This document shows, piece after piece, positions 1-9,939 of a DNA stretch of 40,637 bases. The position numbers were made by a program, and so were the translations under genes. The notes beneath the pieces are model-generated. The model was not told the origin of the DNA and did no database searches. It worked only from the letters and a program-made list of their open reading frames with translations. The DNA comes from Octopus bimaculoides (Eukaryota). Location: positions 99,009,296 to 99,049,932 of the forward strand of contig NC_068984.1 in assembly GCF_001194135.2 (NCBI RefSeq), given 5' to 3'. Position 1 is the first letter of the stretch. Each line of letters opens with the position of its first letter.

Positions 1-296
1 TGACTGGCTCCTGTAGGATTTTCGAGCGAGATCGTTGCCAGTGCCCCTGGACTGGCTTGTGCGGGTGGCACATAAAAGACACCATTTCGAGCGTGGCCGT
101 TTTCGTGCGGGTGACACGTAAAAGCACCCACTACACTCTCTGAGTGGTTGGCGTTAGGAAGGGCATCCAGCTGTAGAAACTCTGCCAAATCAGACTGGAG
201 CCTGGTGTTGCCATCCGGTTTCACCAGTCCTCAGTCAAATCGTCCAACCCATGCTAGCATGGAAAGCGGACGTTAAACGATGATGATGATGATGAT
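1..296 (+). mobile_element. 3' UTR and tail of an RTE-clade LINE, cut by the window edge
   Basis: Ends ...CCAACCCATGCTAGCATGGAAAGCGGACGTTAAAC(GAT)6. The same sequence is the 3' end of the RT-encoding element at 35009-36901. Confidence 0.85.
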
Positions 297-1088
297 CCAT
301 AATGTTAAGGTAACATCGACCATTTTCTTGGTCGATGTTACCACAACTTAGTACAATTTACAATGTATGCTTCTGGTAGCCTGCATATCCTCAGGTTATA
401 AGAAGCACCCAACTCCTTTTCTGTATCAATTTTTATAAAGCTAATTGGAAAGGTATTCAGAAAAAGGTCATGGAACAAAACTGGTCTACCAGTCTCTACA
501 CAAAATATTGACATAATGCTACAACACTTTATGACAATCATGCATGAAATTTGCAGTAAGTTTGCTCCAGAGAGAATGTTGAACAAACAGAAAAAAAAAT
601 TATTCCCAGGGATAGGAAGATGACAAGAAAAGATCTCAAACAAATTCTACAGCATTGTGACTGGGTGTTGAAACAACTAATGAATTGCTCAAATGTAGAT
701 GTGATATATGTGGCATCAAGAAATATACCAGCCCATCATTGCACTGTTCCAAAGGTCCAACCCATCCTGTCCAGAATGAGGACCATGTACTGCAATAACT
801 GGAAATTCAAAGGCCCATAGTAATTTGATATTTTGTCAAGACTTCTGAGAAATCTATGTGGAATAGAAGTAGATATTTTCAAGAAACAACTTGGCCTCCT
901 GCTATATAAGGTCCCAGATGAACCAACATCATGGCAAGAAACTCAAAGGAAGGCACCAATATCAAACTCCCTCCTTTACCTAAAGCTAGTCACAAAAGAA
1001 TAGCCATTGATTGGTGATAATACTGGTGATATACCAGCATGGCCACAACTTTTGGGCTGAAAGGCATAAAGGAATAAAAGAATATACA
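297..1088 (+). mobile_element. CR1-clade LINE relic: endonuclease end and linker fused to the ORF2 C-terminus (RT deleted), plus 3' tail
   Basis: Frameshifted peptides NVKVTSTIF..DHNLVQFTM, FYKANWKGIQKKVMEQNW, NIDIMLQHFMTIMHEICSKFAPER..IPRDRK (300-620). Then HCTVPKVQPILSRMRTMYCNNWKFKGP*..FKKQLGLLLYKVPDEPTS..SNSLLY (735-985). Tail CCAGCATGGCCAC...GAATAAAAGAATA. Confidence 0.75.
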
Positions 1089-4000
1089 TATCCCTCTCTT
1101 TCTCATTATCTCTATCTGTATGGACACACACATGCATGGTGATTGCCAACTTTTAGATGAGTATGATAATCACTGACAAATTACCTTATACTAAACATTA
1201 AAGACAATGGCTGCCTGGCAGCCATTGTATTGAAATTTGAAGTCAATAACAGCTTGTACAACATTACTAAGACTCTTACCTACAAAGCTCAAATAGTTCA
1301 GAAAGAAGCAAAAGCATGACCTTCAGCTTCACAATGAGGTGGGTGTTATTTAAGAATTTCCTACTAGAAAAATGTCTAAGCAAAGACAAGGCAAGACTTT
1401 TTGTTCTTTTTGTCTGCAAGGTATCCAATGAAAACCACCCACCTTAACAAGCTTAGCAGGGTTGCCAGTTTAGCTGCCAACAACCCAACTGTGCAACAGG
1501 TTGTAATGGATTTACATGTTACCATAAGCATCAAGAATGATCTGACATACATTCATACATATGTACATACATGCATATGTATTCTGGATAGATGTCTATG
1601 GGAGGTTGGAGTGGAGCTATGGGCTGGTAAGTTATGCAGATTGCAGATACATTTAAAGGAGGGTAGAGGTTGATCAGGGAAGAGATAGGAAATGGTGGTG
1701 CCAGAATAAGAGGAGTGTTGTAGAATTGTTCCCTGGAATGGCAACATGGAGGAATGGTAAGTGGGTAAAGAAAGGAAGATGGTTAGTAGTGGGGCAAGTA
1801 CTGATGAGGCAGTGGAGTGTGGTTGACATCACAGGGGATGAGTGTGAGTGGTCTCAACTATAGTCATGCGGTACCTACATTGTTCGAAATGATGGTTTAT
1901 ATACTGAGAAATGCATCTTAAAGTCATTGGTACAAATATTCCAAAGAATGTCAAATCTAATAGATTTGGCATCATTTTACAACTTCACACTCTATGTGTA
2001 CTTTTTCTGTCTTTTCATTTTTCTTTATGTTTTTCTATTCTTTAAATTCTCAGCTGTCTTAAGACTAATATATGTGTGTGCATTTGTTTAAGGGCTGATC
2101 AGTGATATCTAAGCCTTCCTCTTTCTTCTTCCTAGTTTTTTCTTTCTACCATCTCTATTGACTACAGGCCTTTGTGTACACATGTGTATGAATGTGTGAT
2201 GTACAAACAACTATCTACAAATTCTCCCTTTCAACTTTTCTGTGTATTCGTCTTGTGTTTTTCTGCTGACCATGACTAAAGGCTTGTGTTTGTAAGTGTG
2301 TAGATGTGCTTGTTTGTACAAATGAAGATCAAATAATTATTAGCCTTTATCTTCTTACTGTCCAACCACTCATATGCTTTCAGCCATCTGCTATTGCAGC
2401 AAAAGATTTTTCGATGGCAAGTAGCTGCTTTTTCAACTTGAGGAGCTGGCTACACATTAAAGAAACCTTTGCGTAACAGGCTACTGGATCAGCCAAAATA
2501 AGTTACATTATTCAATTGTGGTATTAAGTACTTTTCTTAAAACAAATGGGTATATCCTGAAAGAGACAGGCTTCTGTTAAAGACCTGCAAAACTTTAAGT
2601 CACATAGAACTGAATCAAACTGTTTAAATGATAAATATATTTACATAAATTGTTCTACTTTGATTGCTCTTTGTTACTACTCAGAGTTTCCTGAATATCA
2701 CTGGTCATGTAACAAGAATATATATATTTACAATCTACTTATGTATTAAGTATTTATCCCCTATGACACACACACAAACACACGTATATTTTTTGGCTTT
2801 TTACTGATTTCATTCATTAACCATGTCCAAAATTTAATACATTCTCATGAATGTATTAACTTATGTACACCTATTAACCCAACAAATAATTACTCTGCAG
2901 TCTTTGAGCAAATTATTTGAAAATTTATTACTAAATCAGTTTTGTTTGCAGTTCGTTTTTATTTAATTATTTTTCCTTTGAAATATGGACTATTATACAC
3001 TATAGAATATTTTAGCACTACAACTAACAGATAAATTTATTTTACACAATCGAACGATAATCTCAATGATAGGTCTTTATTTTCTTTTCATCAAATCAAA
3101 AATATTATCTATTTTCTATAAATAACTTAATTACCTTTCTGATCCATATATCCATATGTGCTACGATTTTCATTGTTTTTTTTTATTTTCTTCAAACTTT
3201 CTTTGTCTCTGAGGTCTCAAACCCTTTATTCAGTTTGTCCCTTCAAAAATCAAAATAGACATCTGCCTACAGAACACAAATAAATTAAATCTGTCCCTTT
3301 GACCATTGACCAAATATATAACACATTGATTGATTTTCTATTATAAAATCACCAATAATCGCTCTATAGTTCTTGTTTGAAAATGTTTAAATTATTAATT
3401 ATAGAACATTATGATCGATTTATTGTGTTCTAATAAATATCTTGTCTTCCCCACCCTACCATCTTCCCACCTACAAAACCATCCAAATTGTCCATCTTTG
3501 TTTAGTATCCACTTTCTGTAAATTTTTTTCTGCTTTTCTCATTTTTTCTTCCACTTTCTTACTATTTTCTAAAAAGTTCTTACTAGAAAATATCTGGAAA
3601 TGTTTTCAAAATTCTTCAAACAGTAAAAAAAAAATTAAAAAAAAGGAAAAGAAACGAAAACACACAAGGCAAAAACTTAAGTAACTTTACAAAATTTCCA
3701 GACAGTATAAATATTTAATTCTAAATTTGTATTGAGTTTATTACTCAACTGTTGTTTCTTTAGATAACAACAACAGCAATAATAATTCATAGACATTTAT
3801 CATTATGTGTCTAAGTGTTAGGCTTGATATCTCTGTTTTAATGTTCTCATCATGCTGTGATACTGTCACTAAATCAAAATGTAAACTTAGAAAGGAGTTA
3901 ACAGATATTGCAAAGAATTTTGACTTACACAAATTAGTAGACAGTCTTGATTTGTACATGTGACAGGGGAAGCTATAAACATATTTTTACAGACATAAAC

Positions 4001-5282
4001 ACACACATACACACATTCACAAAGCATACATATATTTGTGTGGATATAAGTTTATATCATGCATGTGTGTGTGTGTATGCATAAAACGAATGAGGGAAAC
4101 AGAAAATGGATGTAGCAAGAATCTTTATTCAGCACAATGATTGTTTTGACCCATCTTGCATCTGTACGTTATGAGTGGTATATAGTACATCTAATTGTGT
4201 TGCATCCATCAAAGACACATTACTACATATACTGAGCTCTACTTGGCATGTTGTTGTTGCCCATAGTGTTGACTACACTGAAAGGATACAAAATAAGAAC
4301 GAGTGTGATGTTGCATTAAATATGTTCAAAAATTATATAGAAGCACAACAAATGGAAGATATACACTTATAATGTTCCTAAATCCTCATCAGTTATCATC
4401 CAAAGGATCATAACAATTTCATGCCTTTAACGTCAGCAACAAAAGGCTGCTGGGAAATATTTAACAAACAAGGGAGAGAAATTAAAACAAACATGACAGA
4501 ATGTGAACATATGAACGAAATGAATTTAGATTATAGAAACAAAATAAGGCCTTGTGGCTCAAGATGAAATGAATAACAAATGGACCAGAGACAGAAATAA
4601 ACATGGCAGAATGTGAACATACAAACAAAATGAAATAAAATAAAATAAGATGATATACATTATACAAACAAAATAAGGCTTTGTAGCTGAAGCACAAGGT
4701 GAATATATGGGTAACACCAGGAAAAGTGTCCTAAAGGTTTGGAAATGGAAAGAACAGTGGTGAGACAACAAGCCACGTTGAAAGTGCAAGACCAGGAATG
4801 CGACTGATTGCCTTGACAATCAGGTATAAAAAGGAAATGGAGAAGAGAGATGAGTATGACCACAAGTCATGTGGCAGTGGGAGGAGGGAGAAAAAAATGG
4901 TAGAGGGAAGAGGGAGACAGAGTGCAATGGAGAGGGAAGGAGAGAGAGAGAGAGAGGGAGGGAGGGTCTAGTCAATAATTAGATGCAGAATGGATATATT
5001 TATTTTGTTTAATAAAAACACAAAAACTCTTATAAAACTAGTCTTGTTTCCTTCTGTAAAAAAATTTTCAAAGTCTGGTTAAATTTGGAAAAGTTCAGGA
5101 CTTATATCAAGCAGGGAAGTTTTGGGAAGGACTGGGTATCAATCATCCATTGACATGGTCTATCAGCTACTCTGTTGCTTTAAGTGGAAATGTGGTGGAA
5201 GCAAGAGAAAAAAAAGGATGAGATATATTGATGTATTAGCACCTATGCTGAGAAACTGACAAACAGGACTGTTTATGATAGA

Positions 5283-5498
5283 TACCATATTTTCTGGCAT
5301 ACAGTTCTTATGTAGTATATATTGTAAACATGTAGTGTAAACATTCAGTCAAATATTGTCACTATCTACACAAATCTTGCTGCATCTGACATGGAATATT
5401 TGGTCTTCCAAAGTTGTCTTGGTATATAAGTCAACCTTCCTTTTATGGCTGTCAATTTTAGTCTCAAAAATTTCACTTGTATGCTCGAAAATACGGTG
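5283..5498. mobile_element. pogo/Tigger-like MITE with imperfect TIRs
   Basis: Left end TACCATATTTTCTGGCATACA; reverse complement of right end CACCGTATTTTCGAGCATACA (17/21 match). Confidence 0.6.
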
Positions 5499-5825
5499 TG
5501 TGTGTGTGTGTGTGTGTGACTGGGAGGAGAAATAAGGAAATGGTTTTTAGATTTTATTACATATTCAACATACTTTCAAGTTAATGTATAAATAAATAAG
5601 AACATTCAAAAGTTAATTATTGTTGAACCATTAAATCACAAAGAAACTTTTAGATTTTTAAGTTAAAGAATAAATAAAAAGTATTTAATAATTAAATCAG
5701 GGAAAGCAGCTTTCTTAAGGTAATGATTACAAAACAATTATGCTATTAAATCAGAAATGACAATCGTAAGTTAAAAATTACTAAATAATTAAATCAGTAA
5801 TAACATGTTTAATTAAATAGAGAAA

Positions 5826-6225
5826 TACTCTTTACTCTCTTTTACTTGTTTCAGTCATTTGACTGTGGCCATGCTGGAGCATTGCCTTTAGTCGAGCAAA
5901 TCGACTCCAGGACATATTCTTTGTAAGCCTAGTACTTATTCCATCGGTCTCTTTTGCCAAACAGCTAAGTTACGGAGACGTAAACACACCAGCATCGGTT
6001 GTCAAGCAATGTTGGGGAGACAAACACAGACACACAAACATATACACACACATACATATATATATACGTATATACGACGAGCTTCTTTCAGTTTCCGTCT
6101 ACCAAATCCACTCACAAGGCTTTGGTTGGCCTGAGGCTATAGTAGAAGACATTTGCCCAAGGTGCCATGCAGTGGGACTGAACCTGGAACCATGTGACTG
6201 GTAAGCAAGCTACTTACTACACTCC
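5826..6225 (-). mobile_element. Full-length tRNA-derived SINE, dominant family of the window (family A)
   Basis: Minus strand has a tRNA-like head, CORE-like CACCTTGGGCAAATGTCTTCTACTATAGCC, internal (TA/CA) microsatellite and tail CCAGCATGGCCACAGTCAAATGACTGAAACAAGTAAAAGAG. Many homologues in the window. Confidence 0.9.
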
Positions 6226-6804
6226 TTGAAATAATTTTTTTCTTATCGATTTAGATTGAGGTATACTTTTTTCAAGTTTATGAATAAATAACATTTTTAT
6301 GTTTAGAGATTGCTAGAGAAAGAGAATGCACAAAAATAAAGGAGCAGAAAGATAAAAACAAAATTTTGTTGACAAAGTAGAGGTTAGTTAGTTTGTATAA
6401 AGAGTTATAACCAGGGAGTTAAACTTCTAGATTGAATAAGTATATTTTTAACTTAATGAAAACAAATGTGAGTTTTAAACCATTGTGTTGAGGTTCCCCA
6501 GTTTAGGACTATTGCCTACCATGCTAAAACGAAGGCAGGAGTCTAATTGGAAAAATTAATTCCATCACCGTTAAAGGCATTAATGACTGCATAAATATTA
6601 CTCAACTAATTAGCATTAGCTAACTTGTTATGGTTGATGTGGTGAACTTCAAAGGAAGTATGTAAGTTTTCCCATCAGTTCTAGAAAATTTGCTTAGGTT
6701 TATAAAAAGTTAGTGAACTCAACTCTATACTAGAGTCATCCAACAGTTCATAGAAAGCCATGTCACTTTGCTCAGTGAGATGGTCTCTCACCCTCATCTC
6801 AACC

Positions 6805-6935
6805 TCATAGTTCCAGGTTAATTTCCACTGCATGACACCTTGAGTAGGTGTTTTCTGCTATAGCCACAGGCTGACCAAAGCCTTGTGAGTGAATTTGGTA
6901 GATGGAAACTTAAAGAAGTCTGTCATATATATATA
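6805..6935 (+). mobile_element. 5' half of a family A SINE, ending at an assembly gap
   Basis: CTGACCAAAGCCTTGTGAGTGAATTTGGTAGATGGAAAC matches the other copies. Confidence 0.8.
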
Positions 6936-6945
6936 NNNNNNNNNN
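6936..6945. other. Assembly gap (10 N)
   Basis: Run of N. Confidence 1.
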
Positions 6946-7265
6946 CAATATATAAAAAATGAATTTTAATTTATAATTTTGTCAGAAATATTTAACATGT
7001 TTCGGTTCTTGAAAAAACGAACCTCATCAAAAATACATATTTATAAAAATGTAATTAAATGAAAAGTTCATAATTGTTCCTTACTGGTGTCAACATAGTC
7101 CACGTGGGAGTGTATTTTGTATGGGTACATAATTGTTGTCTAGTGCGTTAACTTGAATCGTTGGTTGTAGTGGTAGTAGTGACCGTGTTGGTAATGGTAA
7201 ATGGCAGTGACCTCTGTCCGTGTCAGTAGCAGTAGTTAATTGGTTGTAGTGGTAGGGGTGGAAGC
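6946..7265 (-). mobile_element. Penelope-like pseudo-LTR / 3' region fragment
   Basis: Carries a minimal hammerhead motif of the Penelope type, with C/A-rich upstream sequence on the minus strand. Family assignment is inferred from the ribozyme and the neighbouring Penelope ORF. Confidence 0.55.
6988..7036 (-). ncRNA. Minimal type I hammerhead ribozyme motif with a C3U core change
   Basis: Minus strand GTATTT-TTGATGA-GGTTC(GTTTTTTCAA)GAACC-GAAAC-AT-GTT-AAATAT: 6-bp stem I, 5-bp stem II, 2-bp stem III with palindromic CATG. Confidence 0.65.
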
Positions 7266-7427
7266 ATTACTATACATGAATGCCTCACCCTAAGAGGGAC
7301 TCTAAGGTCAAACTACCATAATAAACACATTTTTACCGAACGTGAGGAAATGCAACTCTCAAAGCTAGCCCCTTAAAAACAGACTAAATTATAGATCATG
7401 ATTTCGTAGTTATTGCAGTATTATGCA

Positions 7428-7751
7428 ACTTCTACTCGTCAGTATAATATGGTCAAGATACATAGAAATAAACAGAAAATTAACATACCAAACGAACACC
7501 TCGTATATCCATCATAGCATATAGAAGATTGTTTATCCCTATATATCTATGTAAGTGACGGGCTTTTCGAATTGCATCTCGGTACATGTGTTTTTTTCAG
7601 AACAAATTCAGCACTAAATATATTCTGGTTATTTATTTAATTAATTAATAATAGGATGAATTCTTTTATAAGAATTTATCAAGGAGCTAGCGTGAAAAAA
7701 ACCTCATACGGGAAAAATCCATCATTTATTCCCTAACTGACGAGTAGAAGT
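7428..7751. mobile_element. Putative MITE bounded by a 16-bp perfect inverted repeat
   Basis: ACTTCTACTCGTCAGT (7428-7443) and ACTGACGAGTAGAAGT (7736-7751). Confidence 0.5.
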
Positions 7752-7752
7752 A

Positions 7753-7979
7753 TGTCTACCTGCTTGAAATAACAGTCAAAACTCGTTATTAAATCGCCAA
7801 AAATACACTGGTGACAACTACAGAAATCAAACAAAGGCAAATTCGGTGAAGACAATCTACTTACATACATCTAAGTATTTGTATTCACGTGGACTAGTTT
7901 CTGCACTGGCAAAATAAGCCTTAGCTTCTTCAGCACGATTTAATAACGAGTTTTGACTGTTATTTCAAGCAGGTAGACA
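7753..7979. mobile_element. MITE with 44-bp perfect TIRs flanked by TA
   Basis: TGTCTACCTGCTTGAAATAACAGTCAAAACTCGTTATTAAATCG (7753-7796) has its exact reverse complement at 7936-7979. TA lies on both sides, and symmetry extends to 49 bp. Confidence 0.75.
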
Positions 7980-8012
7980 TACTTAGTATATCCTTTCATT
8001 AATTTATATATA

Positions 8013-8482
8013 TATATTACATACATATAAAAGGGATGACCACTAAGTGGACTTCCATTATGCTAGAAGAAGACCACATATGGTCTGACCACTAAGAAAA
8101 GATTGTTCTCAAGAAAATTCACCAAACGCCAGAACGTAAGTGAGCAAGACTAATGAAAAGATACAAAATATAAAGATTAATCACAAACCCAGTTTCGTTA
8201 CGGACGTCTCATGTATAGTTCTGCAAATTATATTGCTATGAAGATCACACTGATGAATTGTGGACATTTACGTAAGTAATTACGTAAGTGGTAACAGCGA
8301 AATTGGGTTTGTGATTAATCTTTATATTCTGTATATTGTCATTTGTCTTGCTCGCTTACGTTCTGGTGTTTGCTGAATTTTCTTGAGAACAATCTTTTCT
8401 TAGTGGTCAGACTATAGGTGGTCTTCTTCTAGCATAATGGATGTCCACTTAGTGGTCATCCCTCTTATATGTATGTAATATA
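8013..8482. repeat. Long inverted repeat: ~190-bp arms, ~93% identity, ~90-bp spacer; probably two divergent Penelope pLTR copies
   Basis: Arms 8013-8201 and 8291-8482 align with about 12 substitutions and one small indel. Both inner ends carry the GAAA..GTT-TGTGATT half of a hammerhead. Confidence 0.9.
8243..8316 (+). ncRNA. Type I hammerhead ribozyme motif with intact core and extended stem II
   Basis: Stem I GATCACA/TGTGATT (7 bp), CTGATGA 8250-8256, stem II 8257-8298 including CATTTACGTAA-GTAA-TTACGTAAGTG, GAAA 8299-8302, cleavage triplet GTT 8307-8309. Confidence 0.7.
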
Positions 8483-8547
8483 ATTTTTACTGAATCTTCA
8501 GATTTTTCAATATGCTAGGCCACTAGCTTTAAATTGATATTAATCAA

Positions 8548-8557
8548 NNNNNNNNNN
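8548..8557. other. Assembly gap (10 N)
   Basis: Run of N. Confidence 1.
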
Positions 8558-9819
8558 ATAATAGAAATATGTTAAAAAAACAAAATAGAAACTACATGTG
8601 GAAATGTAAGGGGAAAGTAAGCAGAAAATAAGAGAAGATGCACATTGGAAATCAAAAAGAAGGTAAGGCTTTTTATGAAAAGTAACGATATATATATACA
8701 ATTAGATGAACTAAGGTAGGAATAAAGGTAATAAAAGTCATTATTGTGAGTTGTTAAAGAAATTTACAAGCATACCGGTTTCGTAATATTACTAGTTATT
8801 GCTTTGAGTATACACCGAATTCTGAACGGTGTCAAGTCTATTAGTCCCTTAGTATAAAGATTGTGTAAGGGAGGTAAGTAGTTCTGGATTTGGTGCAATT
8901 AGGATAAATCTGGATTTGTAGTGTGAATGGTGTATGGGGGTTAGTGATATTAAATGGAAGATTAGTGGTGTTCTATATTATGTTATGTGTTTGTATTGAG
9001 TTGGGGAAGATATTTATTAATGAAAATTGCCTCTTTATTCATTCTTTGTTGTGTTGATGTGTTCTGTGAACATTGATAGAAGGGAAAAAGTAGGAAATTA
9101 GGATTAAGATTCCTCGCACACCTTTTTATGTGTCCACTGACCTGTATCTGTCTGTATTGTGGGTGGCGGATTTGTTCTTTGTGGAGAGTAGTTCTTCTAC
9201 GGAGTGATATTCCTGATTGGTCTATATAGCTATTACTGCATCCTAAGCATGTAATGGCATAGATTAGATTTTCCGAGGCACAGGTGAAATTTGATCTAAT
9301 CTTAAAGATTTTACCTTGTTTAAAGTGGAACTCAGAACCCTGCAGTTAGATCGACCACATTTTTTAAACTTTTAGTTCTGTTGTTAATGGATACAGTCTT
9401 GCACTGGTTAATATTTTTTTCAGTGATTTAGGTTGCATTTTACTTTTGATAATTTTGTGCGAGTCTAAAATTTTGTTCATTGTTTTATCTCTTGTGAGGA
9501 TGGGAAGATTTTGGATGATAAGGTTAAAGGCTTCGTTGTTTCTAGGGTTATGTGTGGAGATGTATGGGAGTATTTTAAAGTCCGGTTTAGTATTTTGGCT
9601 GACTTCCCTTAATGTTTGTATGTCTATTTCCTTAGCTCATTTGATTCCATTATTTATTAAAGATATTGGGTAATGTCTTTTGAGTAGTATTGATCTGAGT
9701 TCAAGGAGTCTTCATTCACGAGTATCGGGGTTCGAAACTATGGTACAGATTCTTTTCATTAGATTATAAGGTATATTAATTTTTATGTGTTTGGGGTGGC
9801 ATGAGTTAAATAATAGGTA
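8558..9819 (-). mobile_element. 5'-truncated Penelope-like element: RT thumb, linker and GIY-YIG endonuclease pseudo-ORF (9819-8983) plus 3' pLTR
   Basis: Minus translation YLLFNSCHPKHIKINIPYNLMKRICTIVS...LPYISTHNPRN...KMQPKSLKKILTSA...CGRSNC, frameshift, then FTCASENLIYAITCLGCSNSYIDQSGISLRRRTTLHKEQIRH...QRMNKEAIFINKYLPQLNTNT*. Several stops. Confidence 0.92.
8768..8804 (-). ncRNA. Degenerate hammerhead relic in the Penelope pLTR
   Basis: Minus AAGCA-ATAACTA-GTAATATTAC-GAAAC-CG-GTA-TGCTT. Topology and palindromic CCGG stem III are kept, but the 7-nt core differs from CTGANGA at 3 positions. Confidence 0.45.
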
Positions 9820-9857
9820 TTATACATATATATATATGTGTGTGTGTGTGTTTACGA

Positions 9858-9895
<38 letters not shown>

Positions 9896-9939
9896 ATGTG
9901 TGTGTGTACGAATGTATATATATATATATATCAATGTGT

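Noticed and set aside
1795-1905. CTGATGAG at 1801 with a downstream GAAA, a possible hammerhead
   Set aside because: Stem II would be about 78 nt with almost no pairing and stem I only 4 bp; probably chance in a purine-rich strand.
1560-2600. Purine-rich tract resembling decayed Penelope 3' sequence or other octopus repeats
   Set aside because: No translatable motif or second copy in the window to support a call.
6240-6780. Possible very old GIY-YIG/Penelope relic on the minus strand (RTDGKTY..LPGYNS)
   Set aside because: Too many stops and no intact diagnostic motif.
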